NCBI RefSeq assembly: GCF_006345805.1
Contig: NC_042998.1
Coordinates: 169,880,001 to 169,944,000, forward strand
Direction: 5' to 3'
DNA: 64,000 nucleotides
DNA from: Octopus sinensis
Taxonomy: Eukaryota
Made by a program: the position numbers and the translations under genes. The notes beneath the pieces are model-generated. The model did not search any database. It saw only the letters and a program-made list of their open reading frames with translations, and was not told the DNA's origin. Positions 26,109 to 40,089 of this stretch are shown here, one piece after another. Numbering within the stretch: the first letter of the stretch is position 1; each line of letters begins with the position of its first letter.

Positions 26109-26493
26109 CACAGCCAAGCTTGTCAGAGTTGTTTAGCGAACAAAAATTCTATCATTGTAATAAAAAGTTATCTTAGTCATTGACACGAAGTAGAAGGCTG
26201 GTCAGTGTTTGGATTGCTGTTTGGTGTGTATAGTGGCTTTATATTTAAATTAAAAAGACGAGCCAAACTTTGAAAAAAAAAAAAGAAATTCACAACTGAT
26301 CACATAAACAGCTAGGCTTGACAGAGCTGTTTAACTAACAAAACTATTATTATAATAAAAAAACCTACCTTAGAGTCACTGACATAATGTAGAATACTAG
26401 TCAGTGTTTGAATTGCTGTTTTGCACACAGAGTAGCTATGTAATTTAAAAGGACTGGCTGAACTTTAAGAAGAAATATTCACAACTGGTTACA
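26109..26493 (+). repeat. Old tandem duplication with a ~195 bp unit
   Basis: Units 26109-26303 and 26308-26493 share the ordered motifs GCTTG.CAGAG.TGTTTA, GTCAGTGTTTG.ATTGCTGTTT and ATTCACAACTG. Confidence 0.8.
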
Positions 26494-26889
26494 ACTCAGC
26501 CATGCATAATATGATTTGGATTAACTTCACTGAAGGTGTGATAATGGATTCAAAACATCAATCCTTCATTAGGGAAACTATTTAGAAGATGGAAGAAGTT
26601 AATGAAATAAATATGCTGAGATAGATTGAGGTTTTAAAAAAGTTATGTTCTGCATTTTGTTTCTGGATACTATTGTAGTATATAGTAACTAGTTGATAAT
26701 TTCATGTTTTAGTGGTATAAAATGGTGCAGTAAATAAACTTACAGGTAAAAATGATAACTTTGAGATGATGACAAGAAATGACTTAGTCCATTCGAATAG
26801 TTTATAAGCATAGATCTGAAGATGTGTTAAAAGAAATCCTCCACAAACTAACTTAAATTGAACTTTTCCAATATAATTATCATAATAAT

Positions 26890-27092
26890 GGTTTCAAATT
26901 TTGACACAAAATCAGAGATTTTGAAGGAATGTGGTAGGTCAATTTCAATTGGCCTCAGTATTTGAGTGGTATTTAATTGGCCCTGAAAAGATGAAAGATA
27001 AAAATCAACCTCAGTGGTATTTGAACTCTGTAAAGAGTCAGAATATATGTTGCAAAACATTATGTCTGATGTGCCAATGATTCTGCCAGCTT
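26890..27092 (-). mobile_element. SINE family B, decayed
   Basis: Reverse match to family B. Confidence 0.72.
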
Positions 27093-27785
27093 AGAACACA
27101 CATACAAGAGACTTTATATGAATACACATAAGTGTATCACTATGTACAGCTATCAAGAGTTAATATTGTTACAGCCAAATCCACCCGTTCCTTCTATATG
27201 ATTTATAAATTTGTTGATTCATTAAGAATTGAAAAGTATTTCTGGCCCACACATACAATTTTGAATGCCTAAGACTTCATACATAATAGAACAATCAAAT
27301 TTCTATAATTCTTTATTTTCCAGCCTCTAATATCTAACTTACAACTGACATATAAACTTTTAAATTACAGGTCATTTTGGGAGATTTTCTCTGTGTTTAC
27401 ACAACAGGAGTTTAACTGAGCTTATTAAATTATTTCAATCAATTAAGTATAATTAATACTTTTTGCTGAAGAACTAGCACCTCCCTGCCTCACAAAAAAA
27501 GCATTGCCGAATACAGAAAGAAAAGTTAATCTAAGAAAAACTTTAAAGTACACATAATATTTATCTAAGCAGCAAAAAATATTTTACTGGATAAGTTCAT
27601 CTATGTAATTAAATACACATTAAAGACTCATTAAATACAACATTCAACTTGTTGGCAGGTAACTTGTTAGGTAAACAAGAATTGATAAATCTGGACAACT
27701 TACTTTATGCCTTTTTGATAGTGTGTATGGGGGCAAGCTTGTGTGTCTTGTATGTTGTATCTACACATCTGTATGCATGTGGGTG

Positions 27786-27837
27786 TACGTATGTATGTAT
27801 GTATGTATGTATGTATGTATGTATGTACACACACACA

Positions 27838-27878
<41 letters not shown>
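27786..27878. repeat. (TATG)n-(CA)n-(TA)n compound microsatellite
   Basis: Visible directly in the sequence. Confidence 0.95.
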
Positions 27879-27881
<3 letters not shown>

Positions 27882-28175
27882 AAGGGGATAGTTTCCCACC
27901 ATCCCTATCTGGGCAACCAAAGGGACCAGCTGTAGACATCAGACAAAGTTTGTACGCTAATTAGGAACAAACATTACAAGACAAGATTAAAGATGTGAAG
28001 ATAGGGAAAAGCAACAGTCATTGGCCCTTTGTAAAGCAAGTTGTATTAGCAATTGATGTGTCAGCAACTATCAACTGTTACAAAAGACAGTTCACTGGAA
28101 AGCAGAATTTATATGAGTCTCACACTAATCAACCTGGTAATTTAGGAAGAGAACTTAATAAACAAATTTATATTA

Positions 28176-28570
28176 TAGGGCCTGGCTGTGTAGCTAAGAA
28201 GCTCACTTTCACATAGTTTCAGGTTCTGTCCTTACTGTGCAGCACCTTGGGGAAAGTGTCTTCAATGGTAGGCCTAGGCTAACCAAAGCCTGTGAGTGAA
28301 TTTGGTTGATGGAAACTGCATGGAAGCCTGTCATGCACATGTGCATGTATGCGTTTGTTTATTCACCCATACACAACATTTGATAACTAGTGTTGGTTTG
28401 TTTACATATTTGTAACTTAGCAGTTTGGCAAAAGAGACTAATAGAATAAGTACCTGACCTAAAGAAATAAGTACCAGGATTGATTTGTTTGACTAAACTG
28501 TACAAGGTGGTGTCCCAACATGGCCATAGTCCAATGACTGAAGCAAAAAAAAAAAAAAAAAAAGATAAAA
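28176..28570 (+). mobile_element. SINE family A
   Basis: Head to tail match, with an A-rich end. Confidence 0.86.
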
Positions 28571-28585
28571 ATAGGTAGAACGAAG

Positions 28586-28870
28586 TTGCTCAGCCATGAT
28601 CTAGCAGGTCTATGGATAAAAAAACATCCCAGCCATAGCATACAGCCAGTTTAATTTTTCTGTCACAGGGTAGTGAATGAAGTTTGACAGCTATTTTTAG
28701 CAGGTCAAATGCCTTTATTTTTTCAGGTACTGTGTACCCCAAAATACATTGTTCAATGCATGATTTTGTTGATTTCTTACCATTTTTTTTTAAAGTAGGG
28801 TGTGACTCGAGGGCAATTTGGCTGCTATTTCTAGCAAAGTGAATGACTGTGCAGAGGTTCCTCATTGGTA
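28586..28870 (-). mobile_element. Interspersed repeat family D (SINE/LINE 3'-like, (AAC)n-tailed), representative copy
   Basis: Contains CTAGAAATAGCAGCCAAA. Related copies occur at about 2315-2500, 7305-7520, 7660-7820, 17450-17612, 24878-25040, 25290-25487, 33905-34555, 40515-40600 and 57130-57540. Confidence 0.72.
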
Positions 28871-29821
28871 AGGATAGAGTTAGATGAGATACAATTAGAC
28901 TTTTATCAAAATGTAGATATCTCTTTCCCTCTTTTAATTATTTCTGTTTTTCAATGCGAGTCTTGTTTCATTTAGGGCTGTGATGTCCAGAAGGTTACAG
29001 CCATTTTGTAACCTTTTGTGTGTAGCATTAATTTCAATATGCAAGAAATTATAAGTACATGTTTACATTAAGAAAATACTTGCTTAGGATTATACAATAC
29101 AATTGTAAACTTGCAAATTAATATAAATAAAGAAAGCTAACTCATCAGAACATCATTTAACAGGAATATTTGACAATCAAATCACTAAATCTGATGTTGC
29201 AATTTGTCTATGACATTAAAAAAATATGACCCATCAAGACTTCATATGGAACTGGCTCCAACAACAATTTCATCTTTGGTGTGCTTCTTTCTGAGCCAAA
29301 CCACCACTATACATCCATAACTGTTAACCCCACTGACAAGAAATGGCAGATAGCATCTGACCCAAGTGCTGGAAGTAAACAAAACAATGAACAGATGGTG
29401 AACTAGAGACATCAGAAGAGCAGCTAACCACAATGGATGAACAGTGACAACAACGCATAATAACCAGCTAACATTTTGACTGCTGCTCCTAGCACATCAA
29501 TCCATGAACAATAATCTTCGAACTCTCTCAATATCTTGTCATTCATAGTAATGACATTTTCTTTTTTGTTTACAAACAGAATAAATATTTTGTTTTCAAA
29601 AATCACTAACAGATTTCAGTGTTCTTCTTTGTAACAAGTAGTAACCCAAATGAATCACGACATCAGATATAGTGATCTGATTGCTAAATATGCCTGCTAC
29701 AAAAATGTAAATAATAATTTCTAAAATAAAGACAAGAAAGTAATTAGGAAACAATAAGATAGAGTAAGGTAGGAGAGATTCATGTATTCAACAGTTTCCA
29801 CTTAGGATTTTGGTCACATAT

Positions 29822-30279
29822 AGGTGCAGATGTGGCTGTGTGGTAAGAAGTTCAGTTCCCAACCATATGGTTCTGGGTTCAGTCCTACAGCAAAGCACCT
29901 TGGGTATGTGCTTTCTACTATAGTCCAGAGCTATTCTTGTCAGTGGGGTTAGCAGTTCTGGATATATAGTGGTAGTTTGGCTCAGAAAGAAGTACACCAA
30001 AGTTTCTTGGAGACAGGAACTGAAAGAAACCTATTGTGTGTGTAGGTCCTTGTCTTGACCACATAATTGTTATAAATATTTTTTATTGTCATACAAATAT
30101 TATGTCATTCATTTCCAATATTCTGCAAGAACATGTCTGACCATAGGGAAATATTACCTTGCTTGTTGGAAACATATTATGGTTAGTGACTGGGATGGCA
30201 TCAAGCTGTCAGAAAATAAAATTCCATCCGACCTATGCAAACATGGAAAACTGGACATTACATGACAATGGTGATGATG
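29822..30279 (+). mobile_element. SINE family A' carrying a 69 bp foreign insert
   Basis: A head, insert at 29934-30002, then the RTE-type tail ending (GAT)n. Confidence 0.85.
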
Positions 30280-30707
30280 CTTAGTTGTAAATAATTTTCT
30301 TTGTATCTTTTAGTCAGGAGGTAAGACATTACCAATTACCGATTGCAGGGTCTCCAAAACTATTGGGAGTAAGAAAGAAAGAGAAAGGTATCCTCAACCT
30401 GGAAACCTAACCCAAAAGCTTGAAGTAGTATAGGCACCCAAGGTACCTGGTAGTGATGTTAACCCTGGTGATTAATTAAGTCCACCATAAACAGGCCATG
30501 GCAGGATTTGAACTCAGAAGAGAAAGAACCAGAACAAATATCACAAAGTATTCAGCCAGATGTCTTAACATTTTCGCCAATTCACTGTGCTAGACTGATA
30601 CCCTTTTATTGACTCTGGAAAGATGAAAGGCAAAATTGACAATGACAGGATTTGAACTTACAGTACAGAAATATTGTAGTCTAGCTCAGGAGTTCAACCT
30701 AGTTCAT

Positions 30708-31066
30708 GTACAGGAGTAGCTGTGGTTAAGATGTTCGCTTTGTTACCATATGGTTACAAAGTGTCTTCTATTATAACTCTGGATTGATTAATGTCTTATG
30801 AGTGAATTTGGTAGGTGGAAACTGTGCAGAATCCCATTGTATGTGTGTGCATATGTATAATTTGTCTGTATTATCCTCTTCACCATTTGACAACTGGTGT
30901 TGGTTTGTTTACATCCATATAAGCTGTTCAGCAAAAGAAACTAATAGAATAAGTGCCAAACTTTTAAAAAAAAAGAGAAGTACTGAAGTTGGTTTATTTG
31001 ACTAAAACCTTTCAAGGCAGTGCCCTAGCAAGGCTATAGTCTGATAACTGAAACAAGTTAAAAAGA
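30708..31066 (+). mobile_element. SINE family A, decayed
   Basis: Head to tail match. Confidence 0.8.
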
Positions 31067-32689
31067 GAGATTGCTCTTAAACATTTAATACTGTAGCACC
31101 TAACATCACTACATCCTTATAACTTATCTTGTTGGAGAAGCATGTTTGCATAGATAATTTTTATATGTACTTTATATGATTGTTTTTCTTTGTCTTTGGA
31201 CTTTTTTTGCAGTGACATGGAATACTTTTGAACATTTTTCTATTCTACTTAGTAGTTGGTCTGCAACTGAACTAGTCTTAAAAGGGTTTCAACATATCTG
31301 GGGAATTCATTATCTATCAAGTGATATATAAATAAGAGACATAATTTACTTAAAATAAATTCTAAAAGACATAATTTACTTAAAACAAATCCTTAAAGAC
31401 AGAATACTAGAGAAACTGGTTTCTTCAGAGAAACTATTAAATTGTACTGGTGTTTTTTATTAGTGCAATTAAGTATAGAGTGTGTTTAGTTTCCTGTCAC
31501 CAGAAACTAGAATATCAATATTTAAACATAACTGCTCAATACAAAGATACAAATGCTTTCACAGAGTGGGGAGTTTTTGCATTACAGTAAAAATGATAGC
31601 TTTCAAGATTTTTAGATAGATTAGACCACGTTTTTCTGCGAACATTGACCTAGAGATGTTGAGGCTGAGTATCATCAGCCAAGTTAATTTCACCATTCTG
31701 AGAGGGCCAACAATGATCATGTGCTCTACTCCTCTACCAATGGGGAAAAAATAAAATTGAAATAAAACTTAACATGTTATGTTAACTCAACTTTGTAATC
31801 TATTTGTCTACACAGGAAAGCATGAAAAGTTGTATCACCATCACTCGTCTTTCTAGCTTTGAATCATATCAAGTGTGCAGATAGTGTTATCAATAGTACC
31901 ACAGTACCCAAGTTAAGTAAGCAACATTTGTTTGCATAGTGTTTAAGGCTTGTCTATTGGAATTAAAACAGTCTGCTTCGTTTTCTAAAACATGTTTTAA
32001 CGTCACTTTCGCTGATGAGGAAGGTTGAATTGTCCACAAAAGTAATGTAAATTTAAATTTATGGTTGCATGCATGCACATCGTATTTTGTAGATCATGAA
32101 TAGTAGTGATCCAAGTATTGAATTAGGAGGAAACCATGAGCTGCACTAGTTTCAAGACATATGAAGTTAAGCACTAAACACAGTAACCTATATGTACAGT
32201 AACCACTTTTATATTATGCTTTGTATAGTGTTGTTATATTGATGTCAGTATTTGGTATTCTATGATATCAAAACATAGTTCAAGGTCTACAAATACTGCA
32301 GGATTCACTTGTATAAGATTTTTATCAATGAAGTAGAGGATACTGAGCTTTCTTGTAGCCATACTGATTGATAACAGCATAAGATATACCTGGTTAAAAA
32401 AATAATACTCATATTCTGGCTGGTATAATCCTTCAACCTTCTTCCCATATCAGTCATATTTTGTTATATTCTGAAATAAATTCATAAGAATAGATTGTTC
32501 TCATTCTGTTGTCTATACCAGAGATGTTCTCCAACTTGTGACACCATTTGCTCATTCTGCCTGAACTGGAGTATGTATTGTTTGGCTAATGTAGAAATTC
32601 AACACAAGTCCACTAACTAATCTACTTGACTGAATTCTAAAGCCTACAATAAGCCTATGGTTTCCATGGTGTATAAGCAACCACAAATA

Positions 32690-32895
32690 CAATACTTACA
32701 CCTGAATGAGATGCCAGTTGATCACAGAGCTAACCTCCAGCTATTGCTTGTATCTATTGTCACCTGAATCAACCACAGCAAAGTGAAATGATTTGTTCTG
32801 CTCAAGAACTCAATGTGCTCCCCAATTTAAGAATCAAAACCACAACCATACAATCAAGAGTCCAACACCTTAACTACTAGGCCATGCACCTTCAG
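32690..32895 (-). mobile_element. CORE-type SINE, decayed
   Basis: Reverse tRNA head (TGAAGGTGCATGGCCTAGTAGTTAAGG) plus a CORE-like segment. Confidence 0.68.
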
Positions 32896-33533
32896 TATTA
32901 TGCTTAACACTTAATTGACTATCCCATAGTTCTGTAGGACACTGGTTCAAATAATCCATGTATAACAATGTAATTCAAGATCTCAGAAATTCAGGCAAAG
33001 TTAAATTGTTTATGATTTAGTAACCAAGAGAAAGGGTAACACTCATGACCTTTGCAGGACCTCAGAACTGGTGTTGGTGTTGGGGGAGAAACTAGACCTT
33101 TAGGGTGCTGCTAAATCTCTAAAAGTAGTCCAAGTGAAAGTCAGAAACTGGAGGAGAATCTGCAAGTAAATAGGGTGCTTATCAAGCCCATCATAGAACC
33201 ATGCACTTGTCACATCTGACAATAAGCTTCTCATTTACCAAGCTAAAATGCTTTAAAATGTTGGATGTATGCAATGTTGAATTGATCATTGTTATATTTG
33301 AGAATATAGGAACAATTTTTAAATATTTAATTATTGTTGGAAAGCGTGTGGCTCCAGCAATTTGCTGAAAAAGAAAGTGTATGAATTATGAATCTAAGTT
33401 GTATTTTTTGGGGAGAGTAATGATAATATGTCATCTCCAGTAGAGGTTGTAGGCATAAGACAAAAGCAGTGACTCAAAATACCATTTTCAGTTATCAGTA
33501 TACATCATGAAAATCATATATAGATTTTTAACA

Positions 33534-33882
33534 GAGGTGCACAGCTATATATTTTGGGGGAGAAGTTTGCTTCACAACCTCGTGGTTTGGGGTTCTGCTC
33601 CACTGTATGGCATCTTGGGAAAGTATCTTCTAGTTTAGCCCCAGGGTAGCCAAATGCCCTGTGTGCGAATTTGGTAGATGGAAACTGTGTGGAAGCCTGC
33701 CTGACAGGTGTGTGTGCTTGACCACTTGCCAACTGGTACTGGTTTGTTTATATCACTGCAACTTAGCAAAAGAGACCAACAGAATATATACCAGACTTAA
33801 AAATGAGTACAGGGGCTGATTTATTTGACTAAAACCTTTTAAGGCTGCAGTCCAATGACTAAAACAAGAAAAGATAAAAGAT
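33534..33882 (+). mobile_element. SINE family A
   Basis: Head to tail match. Confidence 0.82.
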
Positions 33883-34012
33883 GTTTCTCTCAGCTTCTCA
33901 TTCTTTTGTTTAGCCCCAGGTCAATTCTGATCAAACAGAACTATGATCAAAGGTTTTCCAGATAAGGGCTTTATTAGGGGTGGAGGTGTACAGTGCATCT
34001 AGCATTAGCGGT

Positions 34013-34120
34013 CAGTTGACTTAATCCATCAAGTCATTTGGTGGATCATGAACTTAATCCATCACATGGTTGGTCAATCAATGACTTAATCTGTCAACTC
34101 ATTTAGTGACTGATAAATCA
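34013..34120 (+). repeat. Degenerate minisatellite, ~34 bp unit, 3 copies
   Basis: ACTTAATC(C/T)(A/G)TCA recurs three times. Confidence 0.65.
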
Positions 34121-34121
34121 A

Positions 34122-34356
34122 CCCTTTAGCATTTAAACCAGCCATATCCACCCTAAATATTCTACCTGTTTTATGTTCAAACCAGCCATGTTGGGCCTCT
34201 CACCCAACAATGTCATTCAAAACATATACAACTACATCATCAAAATGAGATAATATATGATAATATATGATAAGCTATGACATAATATATGATTAATTCA
34301 AAACAATGTGAATAAATAAGCATGACATTTGACAGAATAATCTGAATGCTAAAAGG
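34122..34356. mobile_element. piggyBac-like MITE, family 1
   Basis: TIRs CCCTTTAGCATT and AATGCTAAAAGG, flanked by TCAA and TTAA. Confidence 0.8.
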
Positions 34357-34736
34357 TTAACCATTACCATCAGGAATCAGGCCCAAAAATATCTTTCCAC
34401 TTCCTTCCAGTAGTCTTGGAGACCTCCCTCCTCCAAGTAATGCAAAATAATCCAGTGTATCCTTTCTTTAAGTCATCAAAAAGTGATTTGAGAGAAGTTT
34501 GGTTGCAATTTCTAGCATGTCAAAGGACTATGCAGGGACCTTACTTCCTTGGCTCAGAGTTTTATTTTATTTCACTTGTTTTGATGCAAAAATATCTTCA
34601 AACTGAAAGTCCTACTAAAACATTCTACAGATGCTTTGATGGTAGTCATTTGACTAAGAAAATGATTTCTCCAGAGAAAATGTCAACTAAATTCTACATA
34701 CATCAGGTTTAAAATTATGTTCATATATTATGTTTG

Positions 34737-34992
34737 TGAAAGTGTATGGCCTAGTGGTTAGGGTGTTACACATATGATTGCAATGTTGTGGTTTCTATTC
34801 TTGGTCAAGTTAGTGTGTTGAGTTCTTGAGCAAAACATTTCATTTCACATTAAGTGTTTTGCTCCAGTCCACTCATCTATAAATGAGTAACTCTGTCTGG
34901 CATCCTGTTCAGGGGAAGTGTTATGATCTCATTCATTTACACACAATGGAAATGGGATAACCAGCCTTATGAGTCCTGTGGAATTGAGACAG
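34737..34992 (+). mobile_element. CORE-type tRNA SINE
   Basis: TGGCCTAGTGGTTAGGG head, CORE-like TTCTTGAGCAAAACA..GCTCCAGTCCACTCA segment, and CTGGCATCCTGTTCAGGGG tail. Confidence 0.78.
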
Positions 34993-34994
34993 TA

Positions 34995-35133
34995 ACAGAC
35001 AGAGATGGACAGATAGAGACAGTTGGACAGAGATAGATAGATGAATAGAGACAGACAGACAGATCAACAGTTAGAGACAGACAGACAGAGGGATATGGAC
35101 AGACAGACATATGAATAGAGACAGATAGACAAA

Positions 35134-35200
<67 letters not shown>

Positions 35201-35345
35201 AACACAGAGAGAGACAGGCAGACACAGACATATGAATAGAGAAGCACAACATGTACAGATAGACTGACAAACAAGAGTTGGATAGACAAATAGATAGACA
35301 GCAAAGACATAGATGGGTATCTAGAGACAGAAACATATACAGATA
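34995..35345. repeat. Degenerate (AGAT/AGAC)n with (TA)n(GA)n microsatellite
   Basis: Visible directly in the sequence. Confidence 0.9.
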
Positions 35346-37968
35346 ATGTGATAATTAAATAATGAAAAGGGACAGGAAATGGAGGAAGTAGACCAGGGAT
35401 TAAGGAGGAGATGTGGTGTAGATAATATTTATGTCTCAGACATATCACTACACACAATATGTTGATAATACAAATTGTGCATTTAGAGAAGAAATAAGAC
35501 CCCACAAAAGTTAAGTCATGTAAATGAAATATGTTGAAAGTAACTTTGAAATGGAAAGTTAACATGTCAAATAACGCAAATATGAAATACTGAACATTAA
35601 ATTATTAATGAAAATTTATGGAAATAGCAAATGGTTCAAATAGTAATCGTCTATTTTCTTCAATTTGTCCTAGTAACGAGTCAAGAAAAATATGCAGTGA
35701 TTTTAAGGTTGAAGACTCTAAAAGAAAAATCATGTTATGGGAAAATATTTTCTTGTTTGTATAGATAGTTATTTACTAACCAATGTTACCTAAATACAAA
35801 AATCTTCCCGCTTCAAAAGTTTGGGAATGAATTTCACTCTTTATATTTGTAGACTTAATTATGTAATGTGCTTATTTTTGTTTTATCAGACAGTTACTAC
35901 AAAAAATATTTTTCTTTTACTGACAAGACAGGATGTAAGAAAAAAGTTTTCCCATCACTCCACCATACAAATTAAGTCATATTGCATACTGTGTGGTGTC
36001 TACGTTACTGTTGATGCAAGTAATGCAGCTCAAAGAACTATCTGTTCTTCAAGTTGATTTTAATAAAAGCAGCTACTAAGTGCATGATGCACTCAGTACT
36101 TGCCCCATTAGACTTGGTTCAAATAACAAATTTCTCTCATTAGGAATTTAATTATCAAAGAGTTCGAACCAAAAGAAAACATTTTGATAATTATCAAAGG
36201 AAATTTTGAAAACTATGGAGGACTTTTCTGTAATAGTAAGCACATATACAACAAGATACCTATAATTCACTAGTGAAATAAAAACAATTCACATAATACT
36301 GTTTTAAGTTTAGTATAATTAGCTTATTTTTTAACTCAAGTTTAACTTAACAATTTTTATATAAACACAGCTGATTGTTTAAATGTAACAGCAAACAGAT
36401 CTTTGCTTACACAATATAATTTGGTTTTAACTTTTTTAATTATTAACACATGTTTTAACAATGGAATCGTCTTTAAATTTATTAATACATTCACCACTCA
36501 GTCACATAAAATGTATAATTACTTTGACTTTGCAACTGTTGCTAACATTAGGTAAGATTCAAGGACAATACAAGGCAGACATAAGCTGATTCAGCACTTA
36601 ACTGTTGTACTTTAATATTGGTTGAAATTGGATAATTAAATGGTACAGAAAACCGTGACACTATATTTAGTAAACTGTTCATCATAATGTAAATTAAGAA
36701 GATTTCTTGAACAACCCATCTAGCATATTGTTATTGAATTCCTGTAAAAATCTGCTACTAGTAATTTAAAAAAAACTGAAGATTGCACTTTAACACTAAA
36801 AAAATATCAAAAGATATTTTCTGGTTTATTTGAATAAATGTTTGAAATAATAATACTATTTCCAGGTTATAGTAGAATCAGTTAATGCAGCAGATAAACT
36901 AAGCATCACCAATTAGTGAAGTTAATTTGTTACACCATCTTAGAAGTGTCTGACTGGCTCACTGCTTACTTACAGCAAAGCTGCATGGTAGTATTCTATA
37001 GATTAAAAGCCAAAATTGAGAAAATTCAGTCACAAATACCATTAATACACTAATGTTTAATACATCCTTCATAAAAAAATACAAAAGTATCATGACAAAG
37101 TGTAATTTTAAAAAATACAAAAAAAATGTCAAAAGAAAATAAATTGGAAAAATCTTGACATTTTCAATTTTGAAAGCTATTGGTAATTTTATGGATTTCC
37201 TGAAATCTGTATATTACATTTTTGCAGAACATTTGGTGTCAAGCTTGGGAAAAAAGGGTTAATTACTTGTCAGACAAATGAAAGTGACACCATGATTCCA
37301 AAGCTAAAATGTTAGAATTATACATATATATATTTTTTTAAATCAAATTTTCTTTAATTTTCCTCCCACTATGACCATTTAAGAATAGTACACACGAAAA
37401 TCTTCCCTATTACCTAACTAAATTTTTGTATTAACTTGCCTTATGCTTTAACTTGACATTTTCAAATATGAACAAGTTAGACAAGATAAACTGCATATAA
37501 CATATTTAATAAATTTCATCAATAACAAACTACTAAAAATATATATAAGAAAGTGTTTCTTAGAAGATGGTTAAGTTGCTTTTCCTTTTGTGAATTAAAA
37601 TAAAATGAGCTTGTTCTACATCTGTAACCATCAAAACCACTCACTCAACCTTATTATAACGAAGCTTATGTAAGTGTATCTATAAATGTAACTGAAACAC
37701 TGGCAGCCTTTCTTTCCTTTCATCACACACTCTCCTCTAAGTCTCTTTGTCTACCACCACCTTTCAGACAGTAGACCTTCCACCTCTTTCACCAACCACT
37801 CACCAGAGAGAGAGAGAGAGGGAAAGAGAAGGAGAGAGAGAAAGAAAGAGTGAGGTGTTTTCTGGTAGACAAGATGGTCTGCTTGTTGCGTTGCTGCTAA
37901 CAATATATTCCTCCATTTAACATCTAAGTATGTCAGCTAGTCGTAGTGTTTAACGAGAGCTTCTATAT

Positions 37969-38114
37969 CAGTCATAGACAACCTGTGGCCTGCAAGACTT
38001 TCTGAACAGTATGCCTAATAAAAAATTACCTTTTTTTTTTATTAAGTGATGCAGCCCACCTAAAGACAAACTGCATCTCATGTGACCCACTTCTCAAAAA
38101 AGGTCGTCCATACA
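37969..38114. mobile_element. hAT-type MITE
   Basis: Imperfect TIRs CAGTCATAGACAACCT and AGGTCGTCCATACA, with 8 bp flanks TTCTATAT and TTCTACAA. Confidence 0.65.
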
Positions 38115-38373
38115 TTCTACAATGTCATTCACCTTACTAGAAACAATAGCAACTCTACCTGAATTTGCACTCTACTAACTCTCAAAAATCTCCTGCATCT
38201 TAATTATTAACATCACTCTAGTTTTCCAGTCATTCCTCTACACCCTGTTACCACTGATACCAAAATACTTTATTTTCCTTTTTCATTATTTAATTATCCA
38301 TCTGTGTGAATCTTCTTTAGAATTAACACACGATACTGGTGTAGGTAAACTACCAGTCAGGTTACTAAGATTA

Positions 38374-38790
38374 TCTATTATATAAAATCCGTTCTGTCTG
38401 TCTGTCTTCTAGGATCTCAGGCACTGAGATTGCGCTGAAATCTGATATGTAGATACCGATGGTATCAGGGCGTGTATAAGTCTTGAAAAAATTACAAAAA
38501 TCGATTCCAGGTGAGAATGTGATCAATAAAGCCGTGGGAACATGCATTTGTAAAATCGTTTTTCTTGGAATAGAAAAAAAGTCTATCTTTATTTCTTCTT
38601 TTGCTGGTGTCTCAAATTTAGGTTAAATCAGTGTTTCTCAAAGGGGAGGCCTATGGGACGGTCGAACAAGTTGCTTTGAGAAAATTTGATTTAAATGTTT
38701 GACAACTCAGCACCGTTAATTGGAGGGGGTGGGGGATGGCGTTTTGCTCATATAATATAAAACAACAGCACTTTGAGAATTTGTAACTTT
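38374..38790 (+). mobile_element. Non-autonomous Helitron-like 5' fragment
   Basis: A|TCTATTATATAAAATCC..(GTCT)n start typical of Helitron 5' ends. CpG-retaining. No 3' CTAG or hairpin found. Confidence 0.5.
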
Positions 38791-38841
38791 CTTGAATGGA
38801 GTACCACAATGATCAGTCCTCTCACTTTTATTACCTTATAC

Positions 38842-39130
38842 CAGAGGTTCTCAAATGGGATCCATATGGCCCCTGAGGGTTCATATAACAAAATAGTAAA
38901 TTGTAGACCAACAAGTATTTTAAGTGTCTCTGAAAAATTTTGCTTAGGTTTCTTTCTCTAACATTTTACATAGTTCAACCTACACAAGTTAAGGTGTGAG
39001 AAACCAAATAGGAATTTTGAAAGAAGTTGTCTATAAAACTAGTTTTTAAACATCAAATGGCTATGGTGGCCCACCAGAAAAAATAGTAATCAAAGGGGTT
39101 TATAGATCAAAAAACGGTTGAGAAACCCTG
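38842..39130. mobile_element. hAT/Charlie-type MITE
   Basis: TIRs CAGAGGTTCTCAA and TTGAGAAACCCTG, with 8 bp TSD CCTTATAC / CTCTATAC. Relatives at 57181 and about 14720. Confidence 0.82.
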
Positions 39131-40089
39131 CTCTATACTGCTGCAAAAATTACATACAACCTTGTACATAGATGATAACACATTAATATCCTCTTCCTTT
39201 CTCTAGACATGGCTGCATGACACCAACATTACTTTTACAAAACATACATACAACCTCATATGTAGATGACATCACAGTCACATCCTCCTACCTTTCCCCA
39301 CTAACTTCTCCAACTGCCAACAAACCTGACTTGTAGTATCTACCTAATCCACTGTTTCCTTTACCAGAATCACTAAAGAAAAAGTATAAGAAAAACAGTA
39401 AGCACACCACACATACATAAAACACTGTGAATCACATACAACATTTATAAAACATTCAATGTTGTGGCATACATAAGATACAACAACAACAAAGAAAACA
39501 AAACAATGTGCATACACACCTTGAGCATTTATAGCTATGACATTTTTGCAAACAAAGAAGAAACAACATTAGTGTACAAATAATATAACATAGATCTATT
39601 ACACTGTGTAACAAAATTTTTATTTATTTATCTATTTTTTCCTTTGGCCAGTAAGTAAGTGTTAATTCTTATTTCCTTTTATCTAGAAATCAAAAGGAAA
39701 TGATTACTATTCCCTTCAAACCTTTTGTGACCTGGACATCAATGTTTTGAAACTGACCTATTTTCCATTACATATCAGACAGATTCAGTGTTGAGTTGCT
39801 GAAGTAGAAATATCATTATAGCAAATATTCTGCTCAATACCACAGATTTGCTTGTCAATTGCTTGACCTTAAGCATGTCCCTTAGTTGCTGACAATATGT
39901 GCACATTTGATCATGAGGAAGAGTAGTAGAGGAGCATCGTAGCAATGTGTTTAGAGGGATTCTTTGGGGTTTGAGTAAACATACAAATGCAAAGTTTAAA
40001 GGAAATATTAGCCATTTTACATACTTTCTGGGGCTAAGCAAATAGGAAATAACAGATGCTACACAGGGATAAAAAATGTGTTACACAGT

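Noticed and set aside
29242-29606. Two adjacent hydrophobic minus-strand ORFs
   Set aside because: No splice support. The plus strand looks more like a decayed LINE 5' region (LNILSFIVMT resembles an APE endonuclease start), but too weakly to annotate.
31890-32078. 62 aa minus-strand ORF in CpG-retaining unique sequence
   Set aside because: Only a weak donor site and no recognisable homology.
33965-34120. Short repeats with variable spacers, CRISPR-like at a glance
   Set aside because: Degenerate minisatellite in eukaryotic DNA with non-identical repeats and no cas genes.
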